From a virus (Duplodnaviria; Caudoviricetes): DNA of 32,067 nucleotides. This document shows, piece by piece, positions 1-8,244 of the stretch. Each line of letters starts with the position of its first letter. The first letter of the stretch is position 1. Location: positions 1 through 32,067 of the IMG/VR virus record IMGVR_UViG_3300009788_000235, one strand, 5' to 3'. A program made the position numbers and the translations under genes. Below the pieces are notes generated by a model. It searched no databases. It was given only the letters and a program-made list of their open reading frames with translations, and was not told where the DNA came from.

Positions 1-1
1 G

Positions 2-406
2 GGTAAGGTAAAACTCAACATCATCAGTATGGCAACTATGCCCGTGCGAGAAAAGACGCTCGAGGTCAGGATAGTCGGGCCGAAGCCGCCGCCTGCCGGT
101 TGGAATAAGCCGGATTATCTCGAATGGGCAAAGAAGCACTTGAAGCTCAAATTCGGGAAAAAGGACACTATAGCCACGATACGGCGTGCGATTAAGATCG
201 AATGCGCTAAGCGGAAAGTCGAAAAACTGGTTGTTGTAGGCGAGAAAAGAAAGAATAAAGTTGACCTCGGAGCGGCAAAGATAATAGTTGCCAACGTCGG
301 CCCCAAAAAGGACCGGTGGCTATCGAAAGAAGCTGTTGTGCTGGAAGGCGACACGTTCGCCGAGGCGATGGCGAAGGCTTTGAAATCGAAGGATAGGCCG
401 AAGTGA
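2..406 (+). CDS. Hypothetical basic (Lys-rich) phage protein, possibly 5'-truncated by the window edge
   Basis: Frame is open from nt 2 (GKVKLNIIS-MATMP...) to TGA 404-406; first ATG at 29; no recognisable motif. Confidence 0.5.
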   Translation, partial: GKVKLNIISMATMPVREKTLEVRIVGPKPPPAGWNKPDYLEWAKKHLKLKFGKKDTIATIRRAIKIECAKRKVEKLVVVGEKRKNKVDLGAAKIIVANVGPKKDRWLSKEAVVLEGDTFAEAMAKALKSKDRPK

Positions 407-414
407 ACTACCAA

Positions 415-459
415 TGTGCGAAGAGTGTGAAGGTGTTAAGAGTGTGAAGGGAAAACGGT
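415..459 (+). repeat. 9-nt repeat cluster 1 (TGTGCGAAG AGTGTGAAG GTGTTAAG AGTGTGAAG)
   Basis: Read directly; fills the gap between stop 406 and ATG 460. Confidence 0.85.
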
Positions 460-678
460 ATGGATTATCCGAGTTGGTCATGCCCGGTCCAGGCAAGAAT
501 ACTGAACGATAGGCTTGTAACTGCGATTCAAGTGCCTCCCATGACAACAGCCGAACAAACACAATTCGAGAAGTTATTGAAGATAATCGACAAGCGATAC
601 CGCCAATCTAAGAGTAACCGCATGGTGGAAGAGATCATCGAAGCCATTGAAAGGTCGTTGGGGACAGTTTTGCCGTGA
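460..678 (+). CDS. Hypothetical protein, 72 aa
   Basis: Its stop overlaps the terminase start (GTGA 675-678), typical translational coupling. Confidence 0.6.
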   Translation: MDYPSWSCPVQARILNDRLVTAIQVPPMTTAEQTQFEKLLKIIDKRYRQSKSNRMVEEIIEAIERSLGTVLP

Positions 679-2126
679 GCATATCTGATCAAATTCAGGA
701 GATAGCGGCTTTAGGGCGTAAGGATTACGGATGGTTCATGCGTAACGCGCTCGACGTGAAGCCTGAGCACTACTGGGAGGGCATGGAGCGAGTGTGCGCA
801 TCCGTGCGGGATAATCCTCAGACAGCTGTTTCCGCCGGACATGGGGTCTCGAAGACTTATGTGGCCGCCAGGATCGCTTTGACGTTTCTGTATTGCTACG
901 TACCGTCGATCGTGGTCACAACGGCGCCGAGCGAAGATCAGGTGAAAGGGTTACTCTGGCGGGAGATGCGCGAGGCCCACGCAAACGCCCGTATACCCAT
1001 GGGCGGTAAGGTCTCAACGCTACAGATCGATATGCAGCCGGAAAGCGGACTCAGGTGGTTCGCAATTGGAGTCGCCACCAAGCCCGACACGGTAACAGGT
1101 GAGGCAACCAGGCTGCAGGGCTATCATTCACCGCATTTCCTATTCATTCTGGACGAAGCGGCTGCTATCCTACCGGAGATATGGAAAGCGGTTAAGCACG
1201 TGGGAGGGCCGTTCAAGCGGGTATTGGCGATCGGCAACGCCACCTCATCAACGGGGGAATTCGTAGCGGCGCTCAAAAGTCCGAATTGGAACCGGCTACA
1301 GATATCCGTCAAGGACACGCCGAACTTCATTAACAGTAATAACGACATTCCGGGCCTGTACGGAACGGAATACGAACGTGATATCCGAACGACTTACGGC
1401 GAGGACTCCGACGAATACGCCGTTAGAGTGCTCGGGGCGATATCTGCAAAGGCGGCCCTCGGCAGTTATTACGGCAGGAAACTGGACGACCTCGAGAGCA
1501 AGGGTCGTATCTGTGACTTGGATGCCGACCCGCACAAACAAGTTCACATCGTTCGAGATCCCGGTTACACGTCGGCTTTCTGGTTCTTCCAGTTGCTCGA
1601 CTACGACGTTCATTTCATCAGGTACCACGAGGACTCGGGTCTGGGAGTTGAGGATTATGCGAGATATTTCGACGAGTTAAGGCGTGAATGTGGCTATATT
1701 TACGGCGATAACATAGTCCCGTGCGATATGGACAACAACGCGGGCCGCGTAATTACAGGGCAGACGGCACTCGAAACGCTGCAGGACCTAGCCATCACTT
1801 GCGGCCGCCCCGTGGCGTTACAAGTCGAGAGGACTGAGATCGAGGGTATCGAGCGGACAGTTAAATTCTTGACCAGGGCCAGGTTCGATAAGACATTGTG
1901 TGCGGTTGGGTTAGACCGATTAAGGGGCTTCCACGAGCGGATCAATAAGCAGATGAGCACGGAGGACCACATCGCCTACACCGGATCCCCGGACAAGGAC
2001 GGGATCAACGACCACGGCGCCGCCGCTATGAGGTATGCCAGTAAGGCCATCGTCGAAGGTAAGGTGGGCGGCGGCAGTATGACGGCCCAGGACGTTGAGG
2101 ACCTATGGAATGAGGCTAAGAGGTAA
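675..2126 (+). CDS. terL: Terminase large subunit
   Basis: Walker A-like SAGHGVSKT, VVTTAPSEDQV, Walker B LFILDEAA, coupling motif AIGNAT, RNase H-like nuclease motifs VRDPG, VPCD and DHGAAAMRY; upstream of portal. Confidence 0.93.
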   Translation: MSISDQIQEIAALGRKDYGWFMRNALDVKPEHYWEGMERVCASVRDNPQTAVSAGHGVSKTYVAARIALTFLYCYVPSIVVTTAPSEDQVKGLLWREMREAHANARIPMGGKVSTLQIDMQPESGLRWFAIGVATKPDTVTGEATRLQGYHSPHFLFILDEAAAILPEIWKAVKHVGGPFKRVLAIGNATSSTGEFVAALKSPNWNRLQISVKDTPNFINSNNDIPGLYGTEYERDIRTTYGEDSDEYAVRVLGAISAKAALGSYYGRKLDDLESKGRICDLDADPHKQVHIVRDPGYTSAFWFFQLLDYDVHFIRYHEDSGLGVEDYARYFDELRRECGYIYGDNIVPCDMDNNAGRVITGQTALETLQDLAITCGRPVALQVERTEIEGIERTVKFLTRARFDKTLCAVGLDRLRGFHERINKQMSTEDHIAYTGSPDKDGINDHGAAAMRYASKAIVEGKVGGGSMTAQDVEDLWNEAKR

Positions 2127-2161
2127 CTGCTAAGGTTTGAATAGTGCGAAAGGTGAGAAGG
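2124..2161 (+). repeat. 9-nt repeat cluster 2 (TAACTGCTAA GGTTTGAAT AGTGCGAAA GGTGAGAAG)
   Basis: Starts at the terL stop; first 18 nt identical to 9387-9404; 2143-2161 identical to 32046-32064. Confidence 0.9.
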
Positions 2162-2596
2162 ATGATTGAGGTTAAGGTCTTCATAAATGGGATGCCATAT
2201 AAGCTCTTCACGCACGATTTTAGGCGAGATGGGCTATTTATACGGGTATCAATGATGGAAAGGATGCGAGTAGAGGACGATGTGAAAAGCCGTTGCAAAA
2301 TGAAAGAGTTCGCAGCGCGTATTGAATATGACGAGAAAGTAGGCTGGAAGGCCAGCATATCGAGCCCTGACATAGAATGGATAGATGGGGGCTTTTATTT
2401 GAAAAGTCTAGGTTTGAAAGGAGGCGAGTATGCCGAATATAGTGATGACTGCTATATGTGTGGGTTGTCTGATTCTGGTAATTGTTGGAATGGTGGGGGC
2501 TTACTACGCAGGCATGGGACGTGGGGCCCGTCTTGCGTGGGAAGAAATAGAGGAGCAGCGACAGGACTACCAGAACAGGGCGGAACTGAGAGATGA
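2162..2596 (+). CDS. Hypothetical protein (likely start ATG 2162; 3' third overlaps the next gene)
   Basis: ATG directly after a purine-rich tract; ORF track 2144..2596; the 167-nt overlap with 2430..2621 makes the C-terminus doubtful. Confidence 0.45.
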   Translation: MIEVKVFINGMPYKLFTHDFRRDGLFIRVSMMERMRVEDDVKSRCKMKEFAARIEYDEKVGWKASISSPDIEWIDGGFYLKSLGLKGGEYAEYSDDCYMCGLSDSGNCWNGGGLLRRHGTWGPSCVGRNRGAATGLPEQGGTER

Positions 2597-2621
2597 GGAG
2601 TACAGGGAGGCACAGGGATGA
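2430..2621 (+). CDS. Small membrane protein, 63 aa (N-terminal TM helix plus acidic tail)
   Basis: AAGGAGG RBS upstream; hydrophobic IVMTAICVGCLILVIVGMVGAYYA; ATGA overlap with next gene. Confidence 0.7.
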   Translation: MPNIVMTAICVGCLILVIVGMVGAYYAGMGRGARLAWEEIEEQRQDYQNRAELRDEEYREAQG

Positions 2622-2812
2622 GACCAGCCCTTGAACGGTTATGTTGCCGGACGCGGCACAAATGGAGTGTGCCGGTGATAACGGGCGGTCCGAGCTATTG
2701 TTTACGAGAGAGCTGCAACGCTGTTGACGACAGGTTCATTAAGATTTACCATATAAAAGTGACCATACATAAAAGAGGCGTCCCAGGCGAACTCGATCCC
2801 AACACCGTGTAA
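2618..2812 (+). CDS. Small Cys/His-rich protein, 64 aa (possible Zn-binding)
   Basis: ATGA coupling; pattern CC-x3-HKW...C-x4-C. Confidence 0.6.
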   Translation: MRPALERLCCRTRHKWSVPVITGGPSYCLRESCNAVDDRFIKIYHIKVTIHKRGVPGELDPNTV

Positions 2813-2832
2813 GGCAAGGAGGCGTAGACTCA

Positions 2833-3135
2833 ATGGAACAAGCAAAAGAAATTTGGTGGTGCGCTTCGCACAAAAGGCCGGCCACTCACATCGACAGGAG
2901 AGGGAAACACTGCTGCGATCCTGCTCTTGGTGGTATTCTGTTGCCCTGCTTCACCATGCCGACGCCCATGGACCCCAGTGACGATCACGAGTATCATGAC
3001 CTTGACGCTGCAATGATGGCCTACTTTGACCGCGCCGTTGAGGCTGTAGACGAAAAGATCAGGGATATGTGCAAACCGGATATCAAGTATCAAGGCAAGG
3101 AAGCTGAGGAAAAATGTTGGAAAAAAACGAAATAG
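2833..3135 (+). CDS. Hypothetical Cys/His-containing protein, 100 aa
   Basis: AAGGAGG RBS at ~2816-2822; CASH...HCC...C. Confidence 0.6.
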   Translation: MEQAKEIWWCASHKRPATHIDRRGKHCCDPALGGILLPCFTMPTPMDPSDDHEYHDLDAAMMAYFDRAVEAVDEKIRDMCKPDIKYQGKEAEEKCWKKTK

Positions 3136-3320
3136 TCTTGACAGACGACGAAGCGTTGTACAAGATGCAGGCGGCTTTGGTAGAGAGAGCAAGAATAATG
3201 GACCACGGGAAGATTGAGTTTACCGGAACAATGACGATTCACCGCGGTCGTATCATGGACGTTATTTTCAAGGAAGCGATAGGCGGCTTGCACTGGCGAA
3301 CGACGAAAGACGACGTATGA
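3114..3320 (+). CDS. Hypothetical protein, 68 aa
   Basis: GAGGA RBS; stop overlaps the next ATG (ATGA 3317-3320). Confidence 0.65.
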   Translation: MLEKNEIVLTDDEALYKMQAALVERARIMDHGKIEFTGTMTIHRGRIMDVIFKEAIGGLHWRTTKDDV

Positions 3321-3433
3321 GTGCTAAGAGAAAAGAGAAGCGAGTAGTTCCAGATACGCCGGTCGTGAGGGAGTATTTCTTAAAAATGCTCAGAGTTCAT
3401 GTTAAACCCAGATTGGTACGTAGAACACAATGA
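3317..3433 (+). CDS. Small basic ORF, 38 aa (MSAKRKEKRVVPDTPVVREYFLKMLRVHVKPRLVRRTQ), not in the ORF track
   Basis: ATGA overlaps at both ends (3317-3320 and 3430-3433). Confidence 0.55.
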   Translation: MSAKRKEKRVVPDTPVVREYFLKMLRVHVKPRLVRRTQ

Positions 3434-3519
3434 GCCCAACACGTAGACAATTCAAGCAGTTGGCGGCCGCAATTAGCCCGATGCCCGAACCAATCATTAT
3501 AATCTCATGGGGGAGATAA
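3430..3519 (+). CDS. Small ORF, 29 aa (MSPTRRQFKQLAAAISPMPEPIIIISWGR), not in the ORF track
   Basis: ATGA-coupled to the previous ORF; TRRQF resembles a twin-arginine motif. Confidence 0.4.
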   Translation: MSPTRRQFKQLAAAISPMPEPIIIISWGR

Positions 3520-3526
3520 GTGTATT

Positions 3527-3554
3527 GAATAGAAAATAGACAATAGTCAATGTA
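3527..3554 (+). repeat. 7-nt repeat tract (GAATAGA AAATAGA CAATAGT CAATGTA)
   Basis: Read directly; CAATAGTCAAT is shared exactly with 6243-6253. Confidence 0.7.
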
Positions 3555-3580
3555 AAGCGGCCCTACTCGTTTGAACGAAT

Positions 3581-3652
3581 GGTCCGGTGAAGCTTTGAAC
3601 TTGAGTACTCTTTTGCGAGAGTTTTCAAATTCGGTTTTACCGGGCCTTTTTT
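3581..3652 (+). terminator. Long imperfect stem-loop plus T-tract immediately before the portal start (terminator/attenuator-like leader)
   Basis: GGTCCGGTGAA (3581-3591) pairs with TTTACCGGGCC (3636-3646) using G-U pairs; inner TTGA/TCAA and ACTCT/AGAGT stems; T6 at 3647-3652. Confidence 0.6.
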
Positions 3653-3655
3653 ATT

Positions 3656-5632
3656 ATGGCAAGCGATAACGAAAAGGATTTCGTATTAGCGAGAACGGAA
3701 ACGTTCCAGGCGGCTTTCAACAACGCCTACGATCTATGGTTCCCATGGATCACAGAGGCGCACACCGACTTCAAGTATTTCATTAAGAACCCGTGGACCA
3801 GCGCCGACCTGGTGAAATTCGCCAAGGAGGGGCGTGAGGTTCTGAACTTCAACATTATCCGTCGAATCGTCAAGATGATTTCCGGGTACGAGCGGAAGAA
3901 CCGATTATCGCTGCGGATCGGGCCGGCGGAACTCGGCGATAATCCCGTTGCAAGTCAGTATCAGGCGGCTGTAATGCACCTTATGGAGAATAACGGCGGA
4001 TACCAGGAAATGTCCGACGCCTTTGAGCTCGGCGCATTGACAACGGGCGCGAACCTCCTGGAACTGTTCTTCGATCGTCAGGGCGACATTCATTACGGCC
4101 GCAAGGCATACAACACATTCCTACTGGACCCCGGCTTCACTCGCCGGGATCTGAGCGACTGCAATCATATCATCACTCACGATGAGGGTATGAGCGTCGA
4201 AGACATCAAGCTGCTGATTCCGGGCAAGGAGTCGGAGATAGAGGAAGCTGCCGCCGGCGGGCCGGGACAGTCGTTACCGTTCTCGGCATATCTCGGGCAG
4301 GGCAGAGATCCGGAAGGGACTCGGGCGAACTACTCGACCTTCTGGGAGCGAAATACTCGGCAAGCACAATTCCTGGCCGATAAGGGGACCGGTGAAATAA
4401 TCGAATGGCAGGGTAAGAAGGCGGACCTTCAGGCAGCGGTCAACTCAGCTCCCACCAAACTCACGAGCTTTACCGATACCGTCGATACGGTAAAGTTCAG
4501 CGCCTTTGTGAACGATCATGAAGTCCACAGCGGCGACGACCCGAACGGGATTGACGACTATCCCTACGTCCTGCAGGCGGGTTTCTGGTATCCGGAATAC
4601 GACGATATGGGCGATAAGCTCCAGGGGATTATCAGGCCGCTCAGGGACCCGCAGCGAGAAGTCAGTAAGCGAATGAGCCAGATCCTGACCATTATCGATA
4701 CCCAGACGACCAGCGGATACGAGGCGGAGGAAGATGCGTTCGTTAATCCCAAGGATGCTTACAAGGCTGGAAGTGGTAAGGCTATAATACTCAAGGCGGG
4801 TGCGTTAAACAAAATCAGGCGCATCCAAGCCCCTCCCATCCCCGGGGGTTTATTCCAGTTGAACAATGACTTGCAGACCTTTGTAAATACGATTTCCGGC
4901 GTCAACGAGCAGTTGTTGGGCAACGACGAGATTAAGGGTCAGATCTCCACGTATGTAATGAAGCTTAGGACGGGGCTTTCGTTGGTAACGCTCCAGGACT
5001 TGTTCGATCATAACCGCGCGGCCAAGGCTCAGATCGGTCGAAAGACCGTAAAGGCTATCCAGGCGAACTATTCACGGCAGAGGTTCGAAAGGATCATCGG
5101 GGAGCCGGCGCATGCAGACTTCCGCAAGCAGGACCTGGCCAAATACGACATCGTCCCGCAGGAAGGGCTTTACACAGAGACGCAGAAACAGAGTTTCTTC
5201 GTTGAGCTCAGGCAGGCGAAGGCTGACGGTATGCCAATCCCGTGGTCGTGGATAGCGACGTATTGGCCGACGCCCCTGGCCCCGAAGCTGCTCGAAGCGA
5301 TCAAAGAAGCGGAGCAGCGGCAAAACGCCCAGCAAGCCGAACTGATGGAAGAGAAGAAACTACTCGACTCGATGCGCAGGGCAAAGATCGATAAGGACAT
5401 TTCCCAAGCCGAAGAGAACCGGGCCAACGTCCAGGAGCACGAAGGGGACGCGGCACTTTCACAGATCAAGGCCATCAAAGAGATCCAGGAGATCGAGCAG
5501 AACATCCAACAGGGCGATAAGAACCTCGAGGAAGTCGACTTCAACAGGTTGATGCGGGTATTGGAGTTTTTCCAGGCGAAACAAGAGCGAGAGAAAGCCG
5601 CCGCGAGTAAACCGGCACTCGTAACACGATAG
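3656..5632 (+). CDS. Portal protein, P22-like, 658 aa
   Basis: Motifs GREVLNFNIIRRIVKMISGYERKNR, DDYPYV, GIIRPLRDPQREVSKRMS, ISGVNEQLLG, KYDIV; C-terminal coiled coil; position between terL and scaffold/MCP. Confidence 0.92.
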   Translation: MASDNEKDFVLARTETFQAAFNNAYDLWFPWITEAHTDFKYFIKNPWTSADLVKFAKEGREVLNFNIIRRIVKMISGYERKNRLSLRIGPAELGDNPVASQYQAAVMHLMENNGGYQEMSDAFELGALTTGANLLELFFDRQGDIHYGRKAYNTFLLDPGFTRRDLSDCNHIITHDEGMSVEDIKLLIPGKESEIEEAAAGGPGQSLPFSAYLGQGRDPEGTRANYSTFWERNTRQAQFLADKGTGEIIEWQGKKADLQAAVNSAPTKLTSFTDTVDTVKFSAFVNDHEVHSGDDPNGIDDYPYVLQAGFWYPEYDDMGDKLQGIIRPLRDPQREVSKRMSQILTIIDTQTTSGYEAEEDAFVNPKDAYKAGSGKAIILKAGALNKIRRIQAPPIPGGLFQLNNDLQTFVNTISGVNEQLLGNDEIKGQISTYVMKLRTGLSLVTLQDLFDHNRAAKAQIGRKTVKAIQANYSRQRFERIIGEPAHADFRKQDLAKYDIVPQEGLYTETQKQSFFVELRQAKADGMPIPWSWIATYWPTPLAPKLLEAIKEAEQRQNAQQAELMEEKKLLDSMRRAKIDKDISQAEENRANVQEHEGDAALSQIKAIKEIQEIEQNIQQGDKNLEEVDFNRLMRVLEFFQAKQEREKAAASKPALVTR

Positions 5633-5639
5633 GGGTATT

Positions 5640-6074
5640 ATGGTTGCAAGGGTTAAGACTCGGAAGAAACTGTCGAATATGGGGCGATGCGCTCCGCGCG
5701 ACTTCAGGATGGTCGAGGCCATGGAGAAAGTAGCCGGCGTGTGCGAGGATTTCGAGAAGCAGCTTGCCCGCTGCGTACAGGAGAACGCACACCGAAGAGA
5801 TCCATACTGGATATTGGTCAATTCGCAATGGACCAACAACCACTCGGCGCTGCGGACCAATCTTATCCCGTGGGCGAAGAAGCCGCCGAAGATGATCGGG
5901 ACCATGTGTTGGTACGTAGACAATGTGCGCGAAATACTGACGCACGAAGAGCCCGACGGGTGGATACTCTTCAAAGACGCGCCAGCCGTGACAATGAGCG
6001 GCGAGGACCCGAAAGACGCGGAGATCAGCGAAGACGTGTTGAATAGTTCAAAAGGAATGCCCCTGGCGAATTGA
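5640..6074 (+). CDS. Hypothetical phage protein, 144 aa
   Basis: Starts 7 nt after the portal stop with GGGG RBS; globular-looking sequence. Confidence 0.75.
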   Translation: MVARVKTRKKLSNMGRCAPRDFRMVEAMEKVAGVCEDFEKQLARCVQENAHRRDPYWILVNSQWTNNHSALRTNLIPWAKKPPKMIGTMCWYVDNVREILTHEEPDGWILFKDAPAVTMSGEDPKDAEISEDVLNSSKGMPLAN

Positions 6075-6085
6075 GGAATGGAATA

Positions 6086-6241
6086 ATGCCTAAGATAGAC
6101 GACGACTTCGAAGCCGAGTTTGACGCCGATACTCTCGTCAACGCCAAGTTGATCCGGGCAGACAAGAAACGCTTCGAACGTGCCCAGAAGCACCTAGAGA
6201 AAAAGAACAAAGCAGTGACAGCGGCGTTGAAAGACAAATAG
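6086..6241 (+). CDS. Small helical protein, 51 aa (MPKIDDDFEAEFDADTLVNAKLIRADKKRFERAQKHLEKKNKAVTAALKDK), not in the ORF track
   Basis: GAGGA/GGA upstream; fills the gap; E-x-DA-x-TL-x2-A-x2-I-x2-D-x2-R pattern recalls small podophage proteins located between portal and scaffold. Confidence 0.7.
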   Translation: MPKIDDDFEAEFDADTLVNAKLIRADKKRFERAQKHLEKKNKAVTAALKDK

Positions 6242-6270
6242 TCAATAGTCAATAAAAAATAGCCAATTGA
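6236..6270 (+). repeat. 7-nt repeat tract (AAATAGT CAATAGT CAATAAA AAATAGC CAATTGA)
   Basis: Read directly; begins on the TAG stop of the 51-aa ORF. Confidence 0.75.
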
Positions 6271-6295
6271 ACGCGTGGTTGTGGCGTAAAAGACA

Positions 6296-6337
6296 GTCGG
6301 CTTCGCCCGCCGGCATCAGGTGGATAACCGCACCTGG
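6296..6337 (+). promoter_or_regulatory. Two tandem hairpins in the scaffold-gene leader
   Basis: GTCGGC/GCCGGC (6296-6314) and CAGGTG/CACCTG (6317-6336) just upstream of RBS AAGGA. Confidence 0.4.
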
Positions 6338-6352
6338 CGAAAGGAAATACTG

Positions 6353-7147
6353 ATGGATAACGAAGGACAGATCATAGTTGAATCGGAAGTGGACTCGTCA
6401 ATATTGGAAGTTGCTGCACCGGCGGAAGATGGAGGCATTGAAACCCCGGCGGCCACAGATGCGGCCGAGGGAGCTGCATCCGCAGAGGCGGTCGAGGGCG
6501 CTGCGACAGACGGAGCCGTCGAAGGTCAGACAGTCCCCAAGGAGCGGCTGGACGAAGTTATTGCTAAAAACGCCGAACTGACGAGCCGGCTGGACCTCGT
6601 GGAGCAGAACAACGCTCTTGTAGAGGCCAATACTCAGAAGCCCCAACCTCTCGAGCAGTTTGATATTTACAAAGAGGCCGGCGTCAGTGACGAAGGCAGC
6701 GACTCTATTTCCGTAGAGCAGCACCGAAAGACTCTTGATTACGTCCAGAGGACCCATCAGGCCCAGATCGATGATATCAGGTTCCATCAACAGAACCCTG
6801 ATTACGTCGATATGGTAGGAACAAACGAGGGAGCTCGTAAGGGACAGTTTGCCCCGCCTCTGGCGGCGGCAATAAAAGAAAACCCCGCACTATTCGACCA
6901 GATCATAAAGAGCGCCAACCCGAAAATGGCCGCATTGGCAATCGCACGCTCGGCGGCGGGGAAAGTGCAAAAGCAAGAAAGCACAGAAGGCGAAGACGTG
7001 ATCGATGAGGCCGTGCGCAACGCAAAACGGGTAAAATCCGGACTGACGGTGCGTGGCGGCTCGGGAGTAAGTGAGCAGCACCGGTATCTAACAGAGACCG
7101 ATGAGGCTTTCGTAGCCCGCGCGAGAAGGAACGGGGCTAACGTATAA
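6353..7147 (+). CDS. Capsid scaffolding protein (start ATG 6353)
   Basis: Acidic low-complexity N-terminus, TVPKERLDEVI motif, coiled coil, NPDY, basic C-terminus; directly before MCP; AAGGA RBS. Confidence 0.8.
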   Translation: MDNEGQIIVESEVDSSILEVAAPAEDGGIETPAATDAAEGAASAEAVEGAATDGAVEGQTVPKERLDEVIAKNAELTSRLDLVEQNNALVEANTQKPQPLEQFDIYKEAGVSDEGSDSISVEQHRKTLDYVQRTHQAQIDDIRFHQQNPDYVDMVGTNEGARKGQFAPPLAAAIKENPALFDQIIKSANPKMAALAIARSAAGKVQKQESTEGEDVIDEAVRNAKRVKSGLTVRGGSGVSEQHRYLTETDEAFVARARRNGANV

Positions 7148-7167
7148 CCCAAGAAGGGAAGTATATC

Positions 7168-8136
7168 ATGGGAATCACAGGCACAAGTATAATCACCCCG
7201 GCGGTGAACGCATACTTTTTCAGGCTGTTACTGATTCGTAACAAGCCGAGATTGATTCACGAAATGTTCGCACAGCGGTTCTCGCTACCGTCCGGTAACG
7301 GAAAGTCGGTTGTGTGGCGCCGGTACGCACAGCTTGCGACGGCTACCGAAGAAGTGGCCGAGGGAGTAACACCGCCCGGTAAGCAACTGTCCAAAACCGA
7401 TATCCGGGCCACGGTCAGTCAGTACGGGGATTGGGTCAGTATCACCGACGTTCTGGAGTTCACGGCGGAGAACAACGTTTTGAACTCCGCAGCTTCCGAA
7501 CTCAACGACCAGATGATGAGAACGGTGGACGAACTGGCCAGGAACGTTCTGGTCTCGAGCGCCTCGGCGATAACAGCCGATCAGGGCACGCCGGAAGTAA
7601 CAGCGCTCAACGACGTCGATATCAACCAGGTCACGAACACATTGCAGAACTCCGACGCACTTCCCGTCGCTCCGATGGTGGGAGCGAGTACGGGGCAAGG
7701 AACGGCTCCTATCCAGGAAGCGTACTGGGTTATGATGAACACCGAGCTCAATACCGACTTGAAGATGGTCTCCGGATACCTGTCGACTGCTGAGTACCCC
7801 GGGCAGAGAAGCGTGGTTATGAGCGAGCGGGGTAGTGTTGAAGAGGCCCGATTCCTGGCCTCCAGTATCGCCCATAAGCAGGGCTCGGCCACGGCGGCCT
7901 TCCCGGCGACGGCGGGAACGTATTACTACCTGCCGTTCATCGCCCGCAACGCCTACGGTGTGGTGGATCTTGAAAAGGCAAACGCCAAGATGATCATCCA
8001 CGCACGGGGAACCGCAGGCGCGGCCGATCCGTTGAACCAGCGTCAGTCGATGGCCTGGAAACTGATGAACGTGGCTCGTATCCTCAACGATCTGAACGTG
8101 ATTATTTTGAAGGTTACGAAGAGAAGCGATACGTAA
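7168..8136 (+). CDS. Major capsid protein, N4-gp56 family, 322 aa
   Basis: Motifs LPSGNGKSVVWRRY, EGVTP, QYGDWVSITD, ERGSVEEARF, AYGVV, DPLNQRQSMAWK. Confidence 0.93.
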   Translation: MGITGTSIITPAVNAYFFRLLLIRNKPRLIHEMFAQRFSLPSGNGKSVVWRRYAQLATATEEVAEGVTPPGKQLSKTDIRATVSQYGDWVSITDVLEFTAENNVLNSAASELNDQMMRTVDELARNVLVSSASAITADQGTPEVTALNDVDINQVTNTLQNSDALPVAPMVGASTGQGTAPIQEAYWVMMNTELNTDLKMVSGYLSTAEYPGQRSVVMSERGSVEEARFLASSIAHKQGSATAAFPATAGTYYYLPFIARNAYGVVDLEKANAKMIIHARGTAGAADPLNQRQSMAWKLMNVARILNDLNVIILKVTKRSDT

Positions 8137-8137
8137 A

Positions 8138-8164
8138 GGTTTGAAGAGTGAGAAGGGTTTGTCA
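8138..8164 (+). repeat. 9-nt repeat cluster 3 (GGTTTGAAG AGTGAGAAG GGTTTGTCA)
   Basis: Begins 1 nt after the MCP stop. Confidence 0.8.
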
Positions 8165-8169
8165 AGGGC

Positions 8170-8200
8170 TTTTTATGCTTTTCAGTGATAGGCATAAAAA
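8170..8200. terminator. Inverted repeat after MCP (possible terminator or RNA-processing hairpin)
   Basis: TTTTTATGC (8170-8178) / GCATAAAAA (8192-8200) perfect 9-bp arms. Confidence 0.5.
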
Positions 8201-8244
8201 TGCGGTAACACGTTAAACGGTAATCCTTTATCGAAAGGCAGATT

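Noticed and set aside
29-678. Terminase small subunit
   Set aside because: Position fits, but neither ORF shows a recognisable HTH/TerS pattern
8159-8190. Sigma70 promoter (TTGTCA as -35); also TTGAAT at 3525
   Set aside because: No convincing -10 hexamer at 16-18 nt spacing
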